From Eledone cirrhosa (Eukaryota), in NCBI GenBank assembly GCA_964016885.1, contig OZ024741.1, positions 407,774,001 to 407,838,000 of the forward strand: a stretch of DNA of 64,000 bases, written 5' to 3'. Made by a program: the position numbers and the translations under genes. Numbering within the stretch: the stretch's first letter is position 1; each line of letters begins with the position of its first letter. The notes under the pieces are model-generated. The model had not been told where the DNA came from and made no database searches. It worked only from the letters and a program-made list of their open reading frames with translations. Of this stretch, positions 25,401 to 38,800 are shown one piece after another.

Positions 25401-26950
25401 GTACTGGTGGTGTTGGTGGTAGTGTTGGTACTGGTGGTGTTGGTGGTAGTGTTGGTACTGGTGGTGTTGGTGGTAGTGTTGGTACTGGTAGTGTTGTTGG
25501 TAGTGTTGGTACTGGTAGTGTTGTTGGTAGTGTTGGTATTGGTGGTGTTGGTGGTAGTGTTGGTACTGGTGGTGTTGGTGGTAGTGTTGGTACTGGTGGT
25601 GTTGGTGGTAGTGTTGGTACTGGTGGTGTTGGTGGTAGCGTTGGTACTGGTGGTGTTGGTGGTAGTGTTGGTACTGGTAGTGTTGTTGGTAGTGTTGGTA
25701 CTGGTGGTGTTGGTGGTAGTGTTGGTACTGGTGGTGTTGGTGGTAGTGTTGGTACTGGTGGTGTTGGTGGTAGTGTTGGTACTGGTAGTGTTGTTGGTAG
25801 TGTTGGTACTGGTAGTGTTGTTGGTAGTGTTGGTATTGGTGGTGTTGGTGGTAGCGTTGGTACTGGTGGTGTTGGTGGTAGTGTTGGTACTGGTAGTGTT
25901 GTTGGTAGTGTTGGTATTGGTGGTGTTGGTGGTAGTGTTGGTACTGGTGGTGTTGGTGGTAGTGTTGGTACTGGTGGTGTTGGTGGTAGTGTTGGTACTG
26001 GTGGTGTTGGTGGTAACGTTGGTACTGGTAGTGTTGTTGGTAGTGTTGGTATTGGTGGTGTTGGTGGTAGCGTTGGTACTGGTGGTGTTGGTGGTAGTGT
26101 TGGTACTGGTAGTGTTGTTGGTAGTGTTGGTATTGGTGGTGTTGGTGGTAGTGTTGGTACTGGTGGTGTTGGTGGTAGTGTTGGTACTGGTGGTGTTGGT
26201 GGTAGTGTTGGTACTGGTGGTGTTGGTGGTAGCGTTGGTACTGGTGGTGTTGGTGGTAGTGTTGGTACTGGTAGTGTTGTTGGTAGTGTTGGTACTGGTG
26301 GTGTTGGTGGTAGTGTTGGTACTGGTGGTGTTGGTGGTAGTGTTGGTACTGGTGGTGTTGGTGGTAGTGTTGGTAATGGTGGTGATGGTGGTAGTGTTGG
26401 TATTGGTGGTGTTGGTGGTAGTGTTGGTATTAGTGGTGTTGGTGGTAGTGTTGGTACTGGTGGTGTTGGTGGTGGTGTTGGTACTGGTACTGGTGGTGTT
26501 GGTGGTAGTGTTGGAACTGGTACTGGTGGTGGTAGTGTTGGTATTGGTGGTGTTGGTGGTAGTGTTGGTACTGGTGGTGTTGGTGGTAGTGTTGGTACTG
26601 GTGGTGTTGGTGGTAGTGTTGGTACTGGTGGTGTTGGTGGTAGTGTTGGTACTGGTGGTGTTGGTGGTAGTGTTGGTACTGGTGGTGTTGGTGGTAGTGT
26701 TGGTACTGGTGGTGTTGGTGGTAGTGTTGGTACTGGTGGTGTTGGTGGTAGCGTTGGTACTGGTGGTGTTGGTGGTAGTGTTGGTACTGGTAGTGTTGTT
26801 GGTAGTGTTGGTACTGGTGGTGTTGTTGGTAGTGTTGGTACTGGTGGTGTTGGTGGTAGTGTTGGTACAGGTGGTGTTGGTGGTAGTGTTGGTACTGGTG
26901 GTGTTGGTGGTAGTGTTGGTACTGGTAGTGTTGTTGGTAGTGTTGGTACT
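22500..26950 (+). repeat. Higher-order repeat block with 2 marker copies (period 2,289 bp = 2,316-27)
   Basis: TGTACTTGTACTTGT at 22562 and 24851. GGTTATGG, GTTGGGGGTAGT and GGTAACGTT markers each occur twice. Confidence 0.9.
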
Positions 26951-29900
26951 GGTAGTGTTGTTGGTAGTGTTGGTATTGGTGGTGTTGGTGGTAGCGTTGG
27001 TACTGGTGGTGTTGGTGGTAGTGTTGGTACTGGTAGTCTTGTTGGTAGTGTTGGTATTGGTGGTGTTGGTGGTAGTGTTGGTACTGGTGGTGTTGGTGGT
27101 AGTGTTGGTACTGGTGGTGTTGGTGGTAGTGTTGGTACTGGTGGTGTTGGTGGTAGCGTTGGTACTGGTGGTGTTGGTGGTAGTGTTGGTACTGGTAGTG
27201 TTGTTGGTAGTGTTGGTACTGGTGGTGTTGGTGGTAGTGTTGGTACTGGTGGTGTTGGTGGTAGTGTTGGTACTGGTGGTGTTGGTGGTAGTGTTGGTAA
27301 TGGTGGTGATGGTGGTAGTGTTGGTATTGGTGGTGTTGGTGGTAGTGTTGGTATTAGTGGTGTTGGTGGTAGCGTTGGTACTGGTGGTGTTGGTGGTAGT
27401 GTTGGTACTGGTAGTGTTGTTGGTAGTGTTGGTACTGGTGGTGTTGGTGGTAGTGTTGGTACTGGTGGTGTTGGTGGTGGTGTTGGTACTGATACTGGTG
27501 GTGTTGGTGGTAGTGTTGGTACTGGTGGTGTTGGTGGTAGTGTTGGAACTGGTACTGGTGGTGGTAGTGTTGGTATTGGTGGTGTTGGTGGTAGTGTTGG
27601 TACTGGTGGTGTTGGTGGTAGTGTTGGTACTGGTGGTGTTGGTGGTAGTGTTGGTACTGGTGGTGTTGGTGGTAGCCTTGGTACTGGTACTGGTGGTGTT
27701 GGTTGTAGTGTTGGTACTGGTGGTGTTGGTGTTAGTGTTGGCACTGGTGGTGTTGGTGGTAGTTTTGGTACTGGTGTTGTTGGTGGTAGTCTTGGCACTG
27801 GTGATGTTGGTGGTAGTGTTGGTACAGGTGATGTTGGTGGTAGTGTTGGTATTGGTGGTGTTGGTGGTAGTGTTGGTACTGGTGGTGTTGGTGGTAGTGT
27901 TGGTACTGGTACTGGTGGTGTCGGTGTTAGTGTTGGTAAAAGTGGTGTTGGTGGTAGTGTTGGTATTGGTGGTGCCGGCGGTAGTGTTGGTATTGGTGGT
28001 GTTTGTGGTAGTGTTGGTACTGGTGGTGTTGGTGGTACTGTTGGTACAATTGGTGTTGGTGGTAGTGTTGGTACTGGTGGTGTTGGTGGTAGTGTTGGTA
28101 CAGGTGGTGTTGGTGGTAGTGTTGGTATTGGTGGTGTTGGTGGTAGTGTTGGTACTGGTGGTGTTGGTGGTAGTGTTGGAACTGGTACTGGTGGTGTTGG
28201 CGGTAGTGTTGGTACTGGTGGTGTTGGTGGTAGTGTTGGTACTGGTACTGGGGGTGTTCGTGGTAGTGTTGGTACAAGTGGTGTTGGTGGTAGTGTTGGT
28301 ATTGGTGGTGCCGGCGGTAGTGTTGGTATTGGTGGTGTTTGTGGTAGTGTTGGTACTGGTGGTGTTGGTGGTAGTGTTGGTACTGGTAGTGTTGGTGGTA
28401 CTGTTGGTACTGGTACTGGTGGTGTTGGTGGTACTGTTGGTACAATTGGTGTTGGTGGTAGTGTTGGTACTGGTGGTGTTGGTGGTAGTGTTGGTACAGG
28501 TGGTGTTGGTGGTAGTGTTGGTATTAGTGGTGTTGGTGGTAGTGTTGGTACTGGTGGTGTTGGTGGTAGTGTTGGTTCTGGTGGTGTTGGTGGTAGTGTT
28601 GGTACTGGTGGTGTTGGTGGTAGTGTTGTTACTCGTACTGGTGGTGTTGGTGGTAGTGTTGGTACTGGTGGTGTTGGTGGTAGTGTTGCTACTGGTACTG
28701 GTGGTGTTGGTGGTAATGTTGGTACTGGTACTGGTAGTGTTGGTGGTTGTGTTGGTACTGGTGGTGTTGGTGGTAGTGTTGGTACTGGTAGTGTTGGTGG
28801 TAGTGTTGGTATTGGTGGTGTTGGTGGTAGTGATGTTACAGTTGGTGTTGGTGGTAGTGTTGGTACTGGTACTGGTGGTGTTGGTGGTAGTGTTGGTACA
28901 GGTGGTAGTGTTGGTATTGGTGGTGTTGGTGGTAGTTTTGGTACAGGTGGTGTTGGTGGTAGTGTTGGTATTGGTGGTGTTGGTGGTAGTCTTGGTACTG
29001 ATGGTGGAGGTGGTAGTGTTGGTATTGGTGGTGTTGGTGGTAGTGTTGGTACTGGTGGTGTTGGTGGTAGTGTTGGTACTGGTGGTGTTGGTGGTAGTGT
29101 TGGTATTGGTGGTGTTGGTGGTAGTTTTGGTACAGGTGGTGTTGGTGGTAGTGTTGGTATTGGTGGTGTTGGTGGTAGTGTTGGTACTGGTGGTGTTGGT
29201 GGTAGTGTTGGTACTGGTGGTGTTGGTGGTAGTGTTGGTATTGGTGGTGTTGGTGGTAGTGTTGGTACTGGTGGTGTTGGTGGTAGTGTCGGTACTGGTG
29301 GTGTTGGTGGTAATGTTGGTATTGGTGGTGTTGGTGGTAGTGTTGGTACAGTTGGTGTTGGTATTGGTGGTGTTGGTGGTAGTGTTGGTACTGGTGGTTT
29401 GGTGGTAATATAGGTACAGGTGGTGTTGGTGGTAGTGTTGTTACTGGTGGTGGTGGTGGTAGTGTTGGTACTGGTGGTGTTGGTGGTAGTGTTGGTACTG
29501 GTGGTGTTGGTGGTGGTGTTGGTAGTAGTTTTGGTACTGGTTGTGTTGGTGTTGGTGGTGTTTGTGGTAGTGTAGGTACTGGTGGTGTTGGTGCTGGTGG
29601 TAGTGTTGGTACTGGTGGTTTTGTTGGTATTCTTGGTACTGGTGGTGTTGGTGTTGGTGGTAGTGTTGGTACTGGTGGTGTTGGTTGTAGCTGGTACTGG
29701 TGGTGTCGGTGGTAGTGTTGGTACTGGTGGTGATGGTGGTAGCGTTGGTACTGGTGGCGTTGGTTATAGTGTTGGTACTGGTTGTGTTGGTGGTAGTGTT
29801 TGTAGTGGTAGTGTTGGTACTGGTACTGGTAGTGTTGGTACTGGTGGTGTTGGTACTGGTGGTGTTGGTGGTAGTGTTGGTACTGGTGGTGTTGGTGGTA

Positions 29901-32900
29901 ATGTTGTTACTGGTGGTGTTGGTGCTAGTGGTAGTGTTGTTACTGGTGGTGTTGGTGGTATTGTTAGTACAAGTGGTGTTGGTGGAAGTTGGTACTGGTG
30001 GTGATGGTGGTAGTGTTGGTACTGGTGGTGTTGGTGTTGGTGGTATTGTTGGTACTGGTGCTGTTGGTACTGGTGGTATTGGAGTTGGTGGTAGTGTTGT
30101 TACTGGTGGTGTTGGTGGTAATGGTAGCACAAGTGGTGTTGGTGGTAGTGTTGGTACCGGTGGTGTTGGTGGAAGAGGGTACTGGTGGTGTTGGTGGTAG
30201 TGTTGGTACTGGTGGTGTTGCTGTTAGTGCTGGTACTGGTGGTGTTGGTTGTAGTGTTTATACTGGTGGTGTTGGTTGTAGTGTTTATACTGGTGGTTTT
30301 GGTGGTAGTGTTGGTACTGGTGGTGTTGGAGGTAGTGTTGGTACTGGTAGTGTTGGTTGTAGTGTTGGTACTGGTGGTGTTGGTGGTAGTATTGTTACTG
30401 GTGGTGTTGGTGCTAGTTTTGGTTCTGGTGGTGTTGGTAGTAGTGTTGGTACTGGTGGTGTATGTGGAAGATGGTACTGGTGGTGTTGGTGGTAGTGTTG
30501 GTACTGGTAGTGTTGGTGGTAGTTGGTATTGGTGGTGTTGGTGTTGGTGGTAGTGTTGGTACTGGTGGTGTTGGTGGTAGTGTTTATACTGGTGGTGTTG
30601 GTGGTAGTGTTGGTACTGGTGTGTTGGTGTTAGTGTTGGTACTGGTGGTGTTGGTGGTAGTGTTTATACTGGTAGTGTTGGCGGTAGTGATGGTACTGGT
30701 GGTTTTGGTGGTAGTGTTGGTACTGGTGGTGTTGGTGGTAGTGTTGTTACTGGTGGTGTTGGTGGTAGTGTTGGTACTGGTGGTGTTGTTGGTAGAGTTG
30801 GTACTGGTGGTGTTGGTGGTAGTGTTGGTATTGGCGGTGTTGGTGGTAGTGTTGGTACTGGTGGTGTTGGTGGTATTGTTGGTACTGGTGGTGTTGGTGG
30901 TAGTGTCGGTACTGGTGGTGTTGGTTGTAGTGTTGGTACTGATGGTTTTGGTGGTAGTGTTGGTATTGTTGGTGTTGGTGGTAGTGATGTTAATGGTGGT
31001 GTTGCTGGTTGTGTTGTTGCTGGTGGCGTTGGTGGTAGTGTTGGTGGTAGTGTTGATACTGGTGGTGTTGGTGTTGGTGGTAGTGTTGGTATTGGTGGTG
31101 TTGGTGGTAGTTGGTACTGGTGGTGTTGGTGGTAGTGTTGGTATTGGTGGTGTTGGTGGTAGTGTTGGTACTGGTGGTGTTGGTGGTGGTGTTGGTGGTA
31201 GTGTTGGTACTGTTACTGGTGGTGTTGGAGGTAGTGTTGTTACTGGTGGTGATGGTGGTAGTGTTGGTACAGGTGGTGATGCTGGCAGTGTTGGTACTGG
31301 TGGTGTTGGTGGTAGTGTTGGTACTGGTGGTGTTGGTGGTAGTGTTGGTATTGGTGGTGGTGGTGGTGGTAGTGTTGGTACTGGTGGTGTTGGTGCTGGT
31401 GGTAGTGTTGGTACTGGTGGTTTTGTTGGTATTCTTGGTACTGGTGGTGTTGGTGTTGGTGGTAGTGTTGGTACTGGTGGTGTTGGTTGTAGCTGGTACT
31501 GGTGGTGTCGGTGGTAGTGTTGGTACTGGTGGTGATGGTGGTAGCGTTGGTACTGGTGGTGTTGGTTATAGTGTTGGTACTGGTTGCATTGGTGGTACTG
31601 TTTGTAGTGGTAGTGTTGGTACTGGTACTGGTAGTGTTGGTACTGGTGGTGTTGGTGGTAGTGTTGGTACTGGTGGTGTTGGTGGTAGTGTTGGTACTGG
31701 TGGTGTTGGTGGTAATGTTGTTACTGGTGGTGTTGGTGGTAGTGTTGTTACTGGTGGTGGTGGTGGTGGTAGTGTTGGTACTGGTGGTGTTGGTGGTAGT
31801 GTTGGTACTAGTGGTGTTGGTGGTAGTGTTGGTACTGGTAGTGTTGGTGGTAGAGTTGGTACTGGTGGTGTTGTTGGTAGTGTTGGTACTGGTGGTGTTG
31901 GTGGTAGTGTTGGTACTGGTGGTGCTGGTGTTGGTGGTAGTGTTGGTACTGGTGGTGTTGGTGGTACTGTTGGTACTGGTGGTGTTGGTGGTAGTGTTGG
32001 TACTGGTGGTGTTGGTGGTAGTGTTGTTACTGGTTGTGTTGGTGGTACTGTTGGTACTGGTGGTGTTGGTGGTAGTGTTGGTACTGGTGGTGGTGGTGGT
32101 AGTGTTGATACTGGTAGTGTTGGTGGTAGTGTTGGTACTGGTAGTGTTGGTGGTAGTGTCGGTACTGGTGGTGTTGGTGGTAGTGTTGGTACTGGTGGTG
32201 TTAGTGGTAGTTGGTACTGGTGGTGTTGGTGGTGGTGTTGGTACTGGTGGTGTTGGTGGTAGTTTGTACTAGTGGTGTTTGTGGCAGTGTTGTTACTGGT
32301 GGTGATGGTTGAAGTGTTGGTATTGGTGGTGTTGGTGGTAGTGTTGGTACTGGTGGTGTTGGTGCTAGTGGTAGTGTTGTTACTGGTGGTGTTGGTGGTA
32401 TTGTTAGTACAAGTGGTGTTGGTGGAAGTTGGTACTGGTGGTGTTGGTGGTAGTTGGTATTGGTGGTGATGGTGGTAGTGTTGGTACTGGTGGTGTTGGT
32501 GGTAGTGTTGTTACTGGTACTGGTGTGTTTGGTGGTAGTGTTGGTACTGGTGGTGTTGGTGTTGGTGGTATTGTTGGTACTGGTGCTGTTGGTACTGGTG
32601 GTATTGGAGTTGGTGGTAGTGTTGTTACTGGTGGTGTTGGTGGTAATGGTAGTACAAGTGGTGTTGGTGGTAGTGTTGGTACCGGTGGTGTTGGTGGAAG
32701 AGGGTACTGGTGGTGTTGGTGGTAGTGTTGGTACTGGTGGTGTTGGTGGTAGTGTTGTTACAGGTGGTGTTGGTGGTAGTGTTGTTACTGGTGGTGTTGG
32801 TTGTGGTGTTTATACTGGTGGTTTTGGTGGTAGTGTTGGTACTGGTGGTGTTGGAGGTAGTGTTGGTACTGGTAGTGTTGGTTGTAGTGTTGGTACTGGT

Positions 32901-35807
32901 GGTGTTGGTGGTAGTATTGTTACTGGTGGTGTTGGTGCTAGTTTTGGTTCTGGTGGTGTTGGTAGTAGTGTTGGTACTGGTGGTGTATGTGGAAGATGGT
33001 ACTGGTGGTGTTGGTGGTAGTGTTGGTACTGGTAGTGTTGGTGGTAGTTGGTATTGGTGGTGTTGGTGTTGGTGGTAGTGTTGGTACTGGTGGTGTTGGT
33101 GGTAGTGTTTATACTGGTGGTGTTGGTGGTAGTGTTGGTACTGGTGTGTTGGTGTTAGTGTTGGTACTGGTTGTGTTGGTGGTAGTGTTTATACTGGTAG
33201 TGTTGGCGGTAGTGATGGTACTGGTGGTTTTGGTGGTAGTGTTGATACTGGTGGTGTTGGTGGTAGTGTTGTTACTGGTGGTGTTGGTGGTAGTGTTGGT
33301 ACTGGTGGTGTTGTTGGTAGAGTTGGTACTGGTGGTGTTGGTGGTAGTGTTGGTATTGGCGGTGTTGGTGGTAGTGTTGGTACTGGTGGTGTTGGTGGTA
33401 TTGTTGGTACTGGTGGTGTTGGTGGTAGTGTCGGTACTGGTGGTGTTGGTGGTAGTGTTGGTACTGGTAGTGTTGGTGGTAGTGTTGGTACTGGTGGTGT
33501 TGGTGGTAGTGTTGTTACTGGTGGTGTTGGTGGTAGTGTTGGTACTGGTGGTGTTGGGGGGTAGTGTTGGTAAAGGTGGTGTTGGTGGTAGTGTTGGTAC
33601 TGGTAGTGTTGGTGGTAGTGTTGGTACAGGTGGTATTGGGCGTAGTGTTGGTACTGGTGGTGTTGGTGGTAGTGTTGGTACTGGTGGTGTTGGTGGTAAT
33701 GTTGTTTCTGGTGGTGTCGGTGGTAGTGTTGTTACTCGTGGTGTCGGTGGTAGTGTTGGTACTGGTGGTGGTGTTGGTGGTAGTGTTGGTACTGGTGGTG
33801 TTGGTGGTAGTGTTGGTACTGGTTGTGTTGGTGGTAGTGTTGGTACTGGTAGTGTTGGTGGTAGAGTTGGTACTGGTGGTGTTGTTGGTAGTGTTGGTAC
33901 TGGTGGTGTTGGTGGTAGTGTTGGTACTGGTGGTGTTGGTGTTGGTGGTAGTGTTGGTACTGGTGGTGTTGGTGGTACTGTTGGTACTGGTGGTGTTGGT
34001 GGTAGTGTTGGTACTGGTGGTGTTGGTGGTAGTGTTGTTACTGGTTGTGTTGGTGGTACTGTTGGTACTGGTGGTGTTGGTGGTAGTGTTGGTACTGGTG
34101 GTGTTGGTGGTAGTGTTGGTACTGGTAGTGTTGGTGGTAGTGTTGGTACTGGTAGTGTTGGTGGTAGTGTCGGTACGGGTGGTGTTGGTGGTAGCGTTGG
34201 TACTGGTGGTGTTGGTGGTAGTGTTAGTACAAGTGGTGTTGATGGTAGTGTTGGTACTGGTGGTGCTGGTGGTAGTGTTGTTACTGGTGGTGTTGGTGGT
34301 AGTGTTACTACAAGTGGTGTTGGTGGAAGTTGGTACTGGTGGTGTTGGTGGTAGTGTTGGTACTGGTGGTGTTAGTGGTAGTTGGTACTGGTGGTGTTGG
34401 TGATTGTGTTGGTACTGGTACTGGTAGTGTTGGTGGTTGTGTTGGTACTGGTGGTGTTGGTGGTAGTGTTGGTATTGGTGGTGTTGGTGGTAGTGTTGGT
34501 ACTGGTACTGGTGGTGTTGGTGGTAGTGTTGGTACTGGTACTGGTAGTGTTGGTGGTTGTGTTGGTACTGGTGGTGTTGGTGGTAGTGTTGGTACTGGTA
34601 GTGTTGGTGGTAGTGTTGGTACAGGTGGTAGTGTTGGTATTGGTGGTGTTGGTGGTAGTTTTGGTACTGGTGGTGTTGGTGGTAGTGTTGGTACTGGTGG
34701 TGTTGGTGGAAGTGTTGGTACTGGTGGTGTTGGTGGTAGTGTTGGTATTGGTGGTGTTGGTGGTAGTGTTGGTACTGGTGGTGTTGGTGGTAGTGTTGGT
34801 ATTGGTGGTGATGGTGGTAGTGTTGGTATTGGTGGTGTTGGTGGTAGTGTTGGTATTAGTGGTGTTGGTGGTAGTGTTGGTACTGGTGGTATTGGTGGTG
34901 GTGTTGGTACTGGTACTTGTGGTGTTGGTGGTAGTGTTGGTACTGGTGGTGTTGGTGGTAGTGTTGATACTGGTGGTGTTGGTGGTAATGTTGGTATTGG
35001 TGGTGTAGGTGGTAGTGTTGTTACTGGTGGTGTTGGTCGTAGTGTTGGTGCTGGTGTGGTTGGTGGTAGTGTTGTTACTGGTACTGGTGGTGTTGGTGGT
35101 AGTGTTGGTACTGGTATTGGTGGTGTTGGTGGTAGTGTTGGTACTGGTGGTGTTGGTGGTAGTGTTGGTACTGGTGGTGTTGGTGGTAGTGTTAGTACTG
35201 GTACTGGTGCTGTTGGTGATAGTGTTGGTATTGGTGGTGTTGGTGGTACTGTTGGTACTGGTGGTGTTGGTGTTAGTGTTGGTACTGGTGGTGTTGGTGG
35301 AAGTGTTGGTACTGGTGGTGTTGGTGGTAGTGTTGGTATTGGTGGTGTTGGTGGTAGTGTTGGTACTGGTGGTGTTGGTGGTAGTGTTGGTGCTGGTATT
35401 GGTGGTGTTGATGGTAGTGTTGGTACTGGTGGTGTTGGTGGTGGTGTTGGTGGTGGTGTTGGTGGTAGTTTTGTTTCTGGTGGTGTTGGTCGAAGTGTTG
35501 GTATTGGTGGTGTTGGTGGTAGTGTTGGTATTGGTGGTGTTGGTGGTAGTGTTGGTACTGGTGGTGTTGGTGGTAGTGGTGGTATTGGTGGTGTTGGTGG
35601 TAGTGTTGGTATAGGTGGTGTTGGTGGTAGTGTTGGTACTGGTGGTGTTGGTGGTAGTGGTGGTATTGGTGGTGTTGGTGGTAGTGTTGGTATAGGTGGT
35701 GTGGGTGGTAGAGTTGGTAATGTTACTGGTGGTGTTGGTGGTAGTGTTGGTATTGGTGGTGTTGGTGGTAGTGTTGGTACTGGTGTTGTTGGTGGTAGTG
35801 TTGGTAC

Positions 35808-38800
35808 TGGTGGTGTTGGTGGTAATGTTGGTATTGGTGGTGTTGGTGGTAGTGTTGGTACAGGTGCTGTTGATGGTTATTGTTGGTATTGGTGGTGTTG
35901 GTGGTAGTGTTGGTACTGGTGGTCTTGGTGGTAGTTGGTACTGGTGGTGTTGGTGGTAGTGTTGGTACTGGTGGTGTTGGTGGTAGTTGGTACTGGTGGT
36001 CTTGGTGGTAGTGTTGGTACTGGTGGTGTTGGTGGTAGTGTTGGTACTGGTACAGGTGGTGTTGGTGGTAGTGTTGGTACTGGTGGTGTTGGTGGTAGTG
36101 TTGGTACTAGTGGTGTTGGTGGTAGTGTTGGTACTGGTGGTGTTGGTGGTAGTGTTGGTACTGGTGGTGTTGGTGATAGTGTTGGTACTGGTGGTGTTGG
36201 TGGTAGTGTTGGCATTGGTGGTGTTGGTGGTGGTGTTGTTACTGGTGGTATTGGTGGTAGTGTTGGTGCTGGTGGTGTTGGTGGTAGTGTTGTTACCGGT
36301 GGTGTTGGTGGTGGTGTTGTTACTGGTACTGGTGGAGTTGGTGGAAGTGTTGGTACTGGTATTGGTAGTGTTGGTACTGGTGGTGTTGGTGGTAGTGTTA
36401 GTACTGGTACTGGTGGTGTTGGTGATAGTGTTGGTATTGGTGGTGTTGGTGGTACTGTTGGTACTGGTGGTGTTGGTGGTAGTGTTGGTACTGGTGGTGT
36501 TGGTGGAAGTGTTGGTGCTGGTGGTGTAGGTGGTAGTGTTGGTATTGGTGGTGTTGGTGGTAGTGTTGGTACTGGTGGTGTTGGTGGTAGTGTTGGTAAT
36601 GGTGGTGATGGTGGTAGTGTTGGTATTGGTGGTGTTGGTGGTAGTGTTGGTATTAGTGGTGTTGGTGGTAGTGTTGGTACTGGTGGTGTTGGTGGTGGTG
36701 TCGGTACTGGTACTGGTGGTGTTGGTGGTAGTGTTGGTACTGGTGGTGTTGGTGGTAGTGTTGGAACTGGTACTGGTGGTGGTAGTGTTGGTACTGGTGG
36801 TGTTGTTGGTAGTGTTGGTATTGGTGGTGTTGGTGGTAGTGTTGGTAATGGTCGTGTTGGTGGTAGTGTTGGTACTGGTGGTGTTGGTGGTAGCGTTGGT
36901 ACTGGTGGTGTTTGTGGTAGTGTTGGTACTGGTGGTTTGGTGGTAATATTGGTACAGGTAGTGTTGGTGGTAGTGTTGATACTGGTGGTGTGTGTGGTAG
37001 TGTTGGTACAGGTGGTGTTGGTGGTAGTGTTGGTACAGGTGGTGTTGGTGGTAGTGTTGGTACTGGTGGTGTTGGTGGTAGTGTTGGTACTGGTGGTGTT
37101 TGTGGTAGTGTTGGTACTGGTGGTTTGGTGGTAATATTGGTACAGGTAGTGTTGGTGGTAGTGTTGATACTGGTGGTGTGTGTGGTAGTGTTGGTACAGG
37201 TGGTGTTGGTGGTAGTGTTGGTACAGGTGGTGTTGGTGGTAGTGTTGGTACTGGTGGTGTTGGTGGTAGTGTTGGTACTGGTGGTGGTGGTGGTAGTGTT
37301 GGTACTGGTGGTGTTGGTGGTAGTGTTGGTATTGGTACTGGTGGTGTTAGTGGTAGTGTTGGTACTGGAGGTGTTGGTGGTAGTGTTGGTACTGGTGGTG
37401 TTGGTGTTTGTGTTGGCACTGGTGGTGTTGTTGGTAGTGTTGGTACTGGTACTGGTGGTGTTGGTGGTAGTGTTTGTACTTGTACTTGTGGTGTTGGTGG
37501 TAGTGTTGGTACTGGTACTGTTTGTGTTGGTGGTAGTGTTGGTACTGGTACTGGTGGTGTTGGTGGTAGTGTTGGTAGTGGTACTGGTGGTGATGGTGGT
37601 AATATCTGTACTGGTACTGGTGGTGTTGGTGGTAGTGTTGGTACTGGTGGTGTTGGTGGTACTGTTGGTACTGGTGGTGTTGGTGTTGGTGGTAGTGTTG
37701 ATACTGGTGGTTATGGTGGTAGTGTTGGTACTGGTGGTGTTGGTGGTAGTGTTGGTACTGGTGGTGTTGGTGGTAGTGCTGGCACTGGTGGTGTTGGTGG
37801 TAGTGTTGGTACTGGTGGTGTTAGTGGTAGTGTTGGCACTGGTGGTGTTGGTGGTAGTGTTAGTACTGGTGGTGTTGGTGGTAGTGTTGGTACTGGTGGT
37901 GTTGGTGGTAGTGTTGGTACTGGTGGTGTTGGTGGTAGTGTTGGTACTGGTGGTGTTGGTGGTAGCGTTGGTACTGGTGGTGTTGGTGGTAGTGTTGGTA
38001 CTGGTAGTGTTGTTGGTAGTGTTGGTACTGGTGGTGTTGGTGGTAGTGTTGGTACTGGTGGTGTTGGTGGTAGTGTTGGTACTGGTGGTGTTGGTGGTAG
38101 TGTTGGTACTGGTAGTGTTGTTGGTAGTGTTGGTACTGGTAGTGTTGTTGGTAGTGTTGGTATTGGTGGTGTTGGTGGTAGTGTTGGTACTGGTGGTGTT
38201 GGTGGTAGTGTTGGTACTGGTGGTGTTGGTGGTAGTGTTGGTACTGGTGGTGTTGGTGGTAGCGTTGGTACTGGTGGTGTTGGTGGTAGTGTTGGTACTG
38301 GTAGTGTTGTTGGTAGTGTTGGTACTGGTGGTGTTGGTGGTAGTGTTGGTACTGGTGGTGTTGGTGGTAGTGTTGGTACTGGTGGTGTTGGTGGTAGTGT
38401 TGGTACTGGTGGTGTTTGTGGTAGTGTTGGTACTGGTGGTTTGGTGGTAATATTGGTACAGGTAGTGTTGGTGGTAGTGTTGATACTGGTGGTGTGTGTG
38501 GTAGTGTTGGTACAGGTGGTGTTGGTGGTAGTGTTGGTACAGGTGGTGTTGGTGGTAGTGTTGGTACTGGTGGTGTTGGTGGTAGTGTTGGTACTGGTGG
38601 TGGTGGTGGTAGTGTTGGTACTGGTGGTGTTGGTGGTAGTGTTGGTATTGGTACTGGTGGTGTTAGTGGTAGTGTTGGTACTGGAGGTGTTGGTGGTAGT
38701 GTTGGTACTGGTGGTGTTGGTGTTTGTGTTGGCACTGGTGGTGTTGTTGGTAGTGTTGGTACTGGTACTAGTGGTGTTGGTGGTAGTGTTTGTACTTGTA

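Larger units (their letters stand above)
6799..29400 (+). repeat. ~22.6-kb macro-repeat, copy 1 (phase set arbitrarily at the TTTGGTGGTAATATAGG marker)
   Basis: Markers recur at offsets 22602-22701: GGTACC 7545/30153 and 10070/32678 (22608), GGAAGAGGG 7563/30171, TGTACTTGTACTTGT 22562/45236 (22674) and 24851/47552 (22701). The ORF track repeats at the same offsets. Homology also extends upstream (4406/27035, offset 22629). Confidence 0.95.
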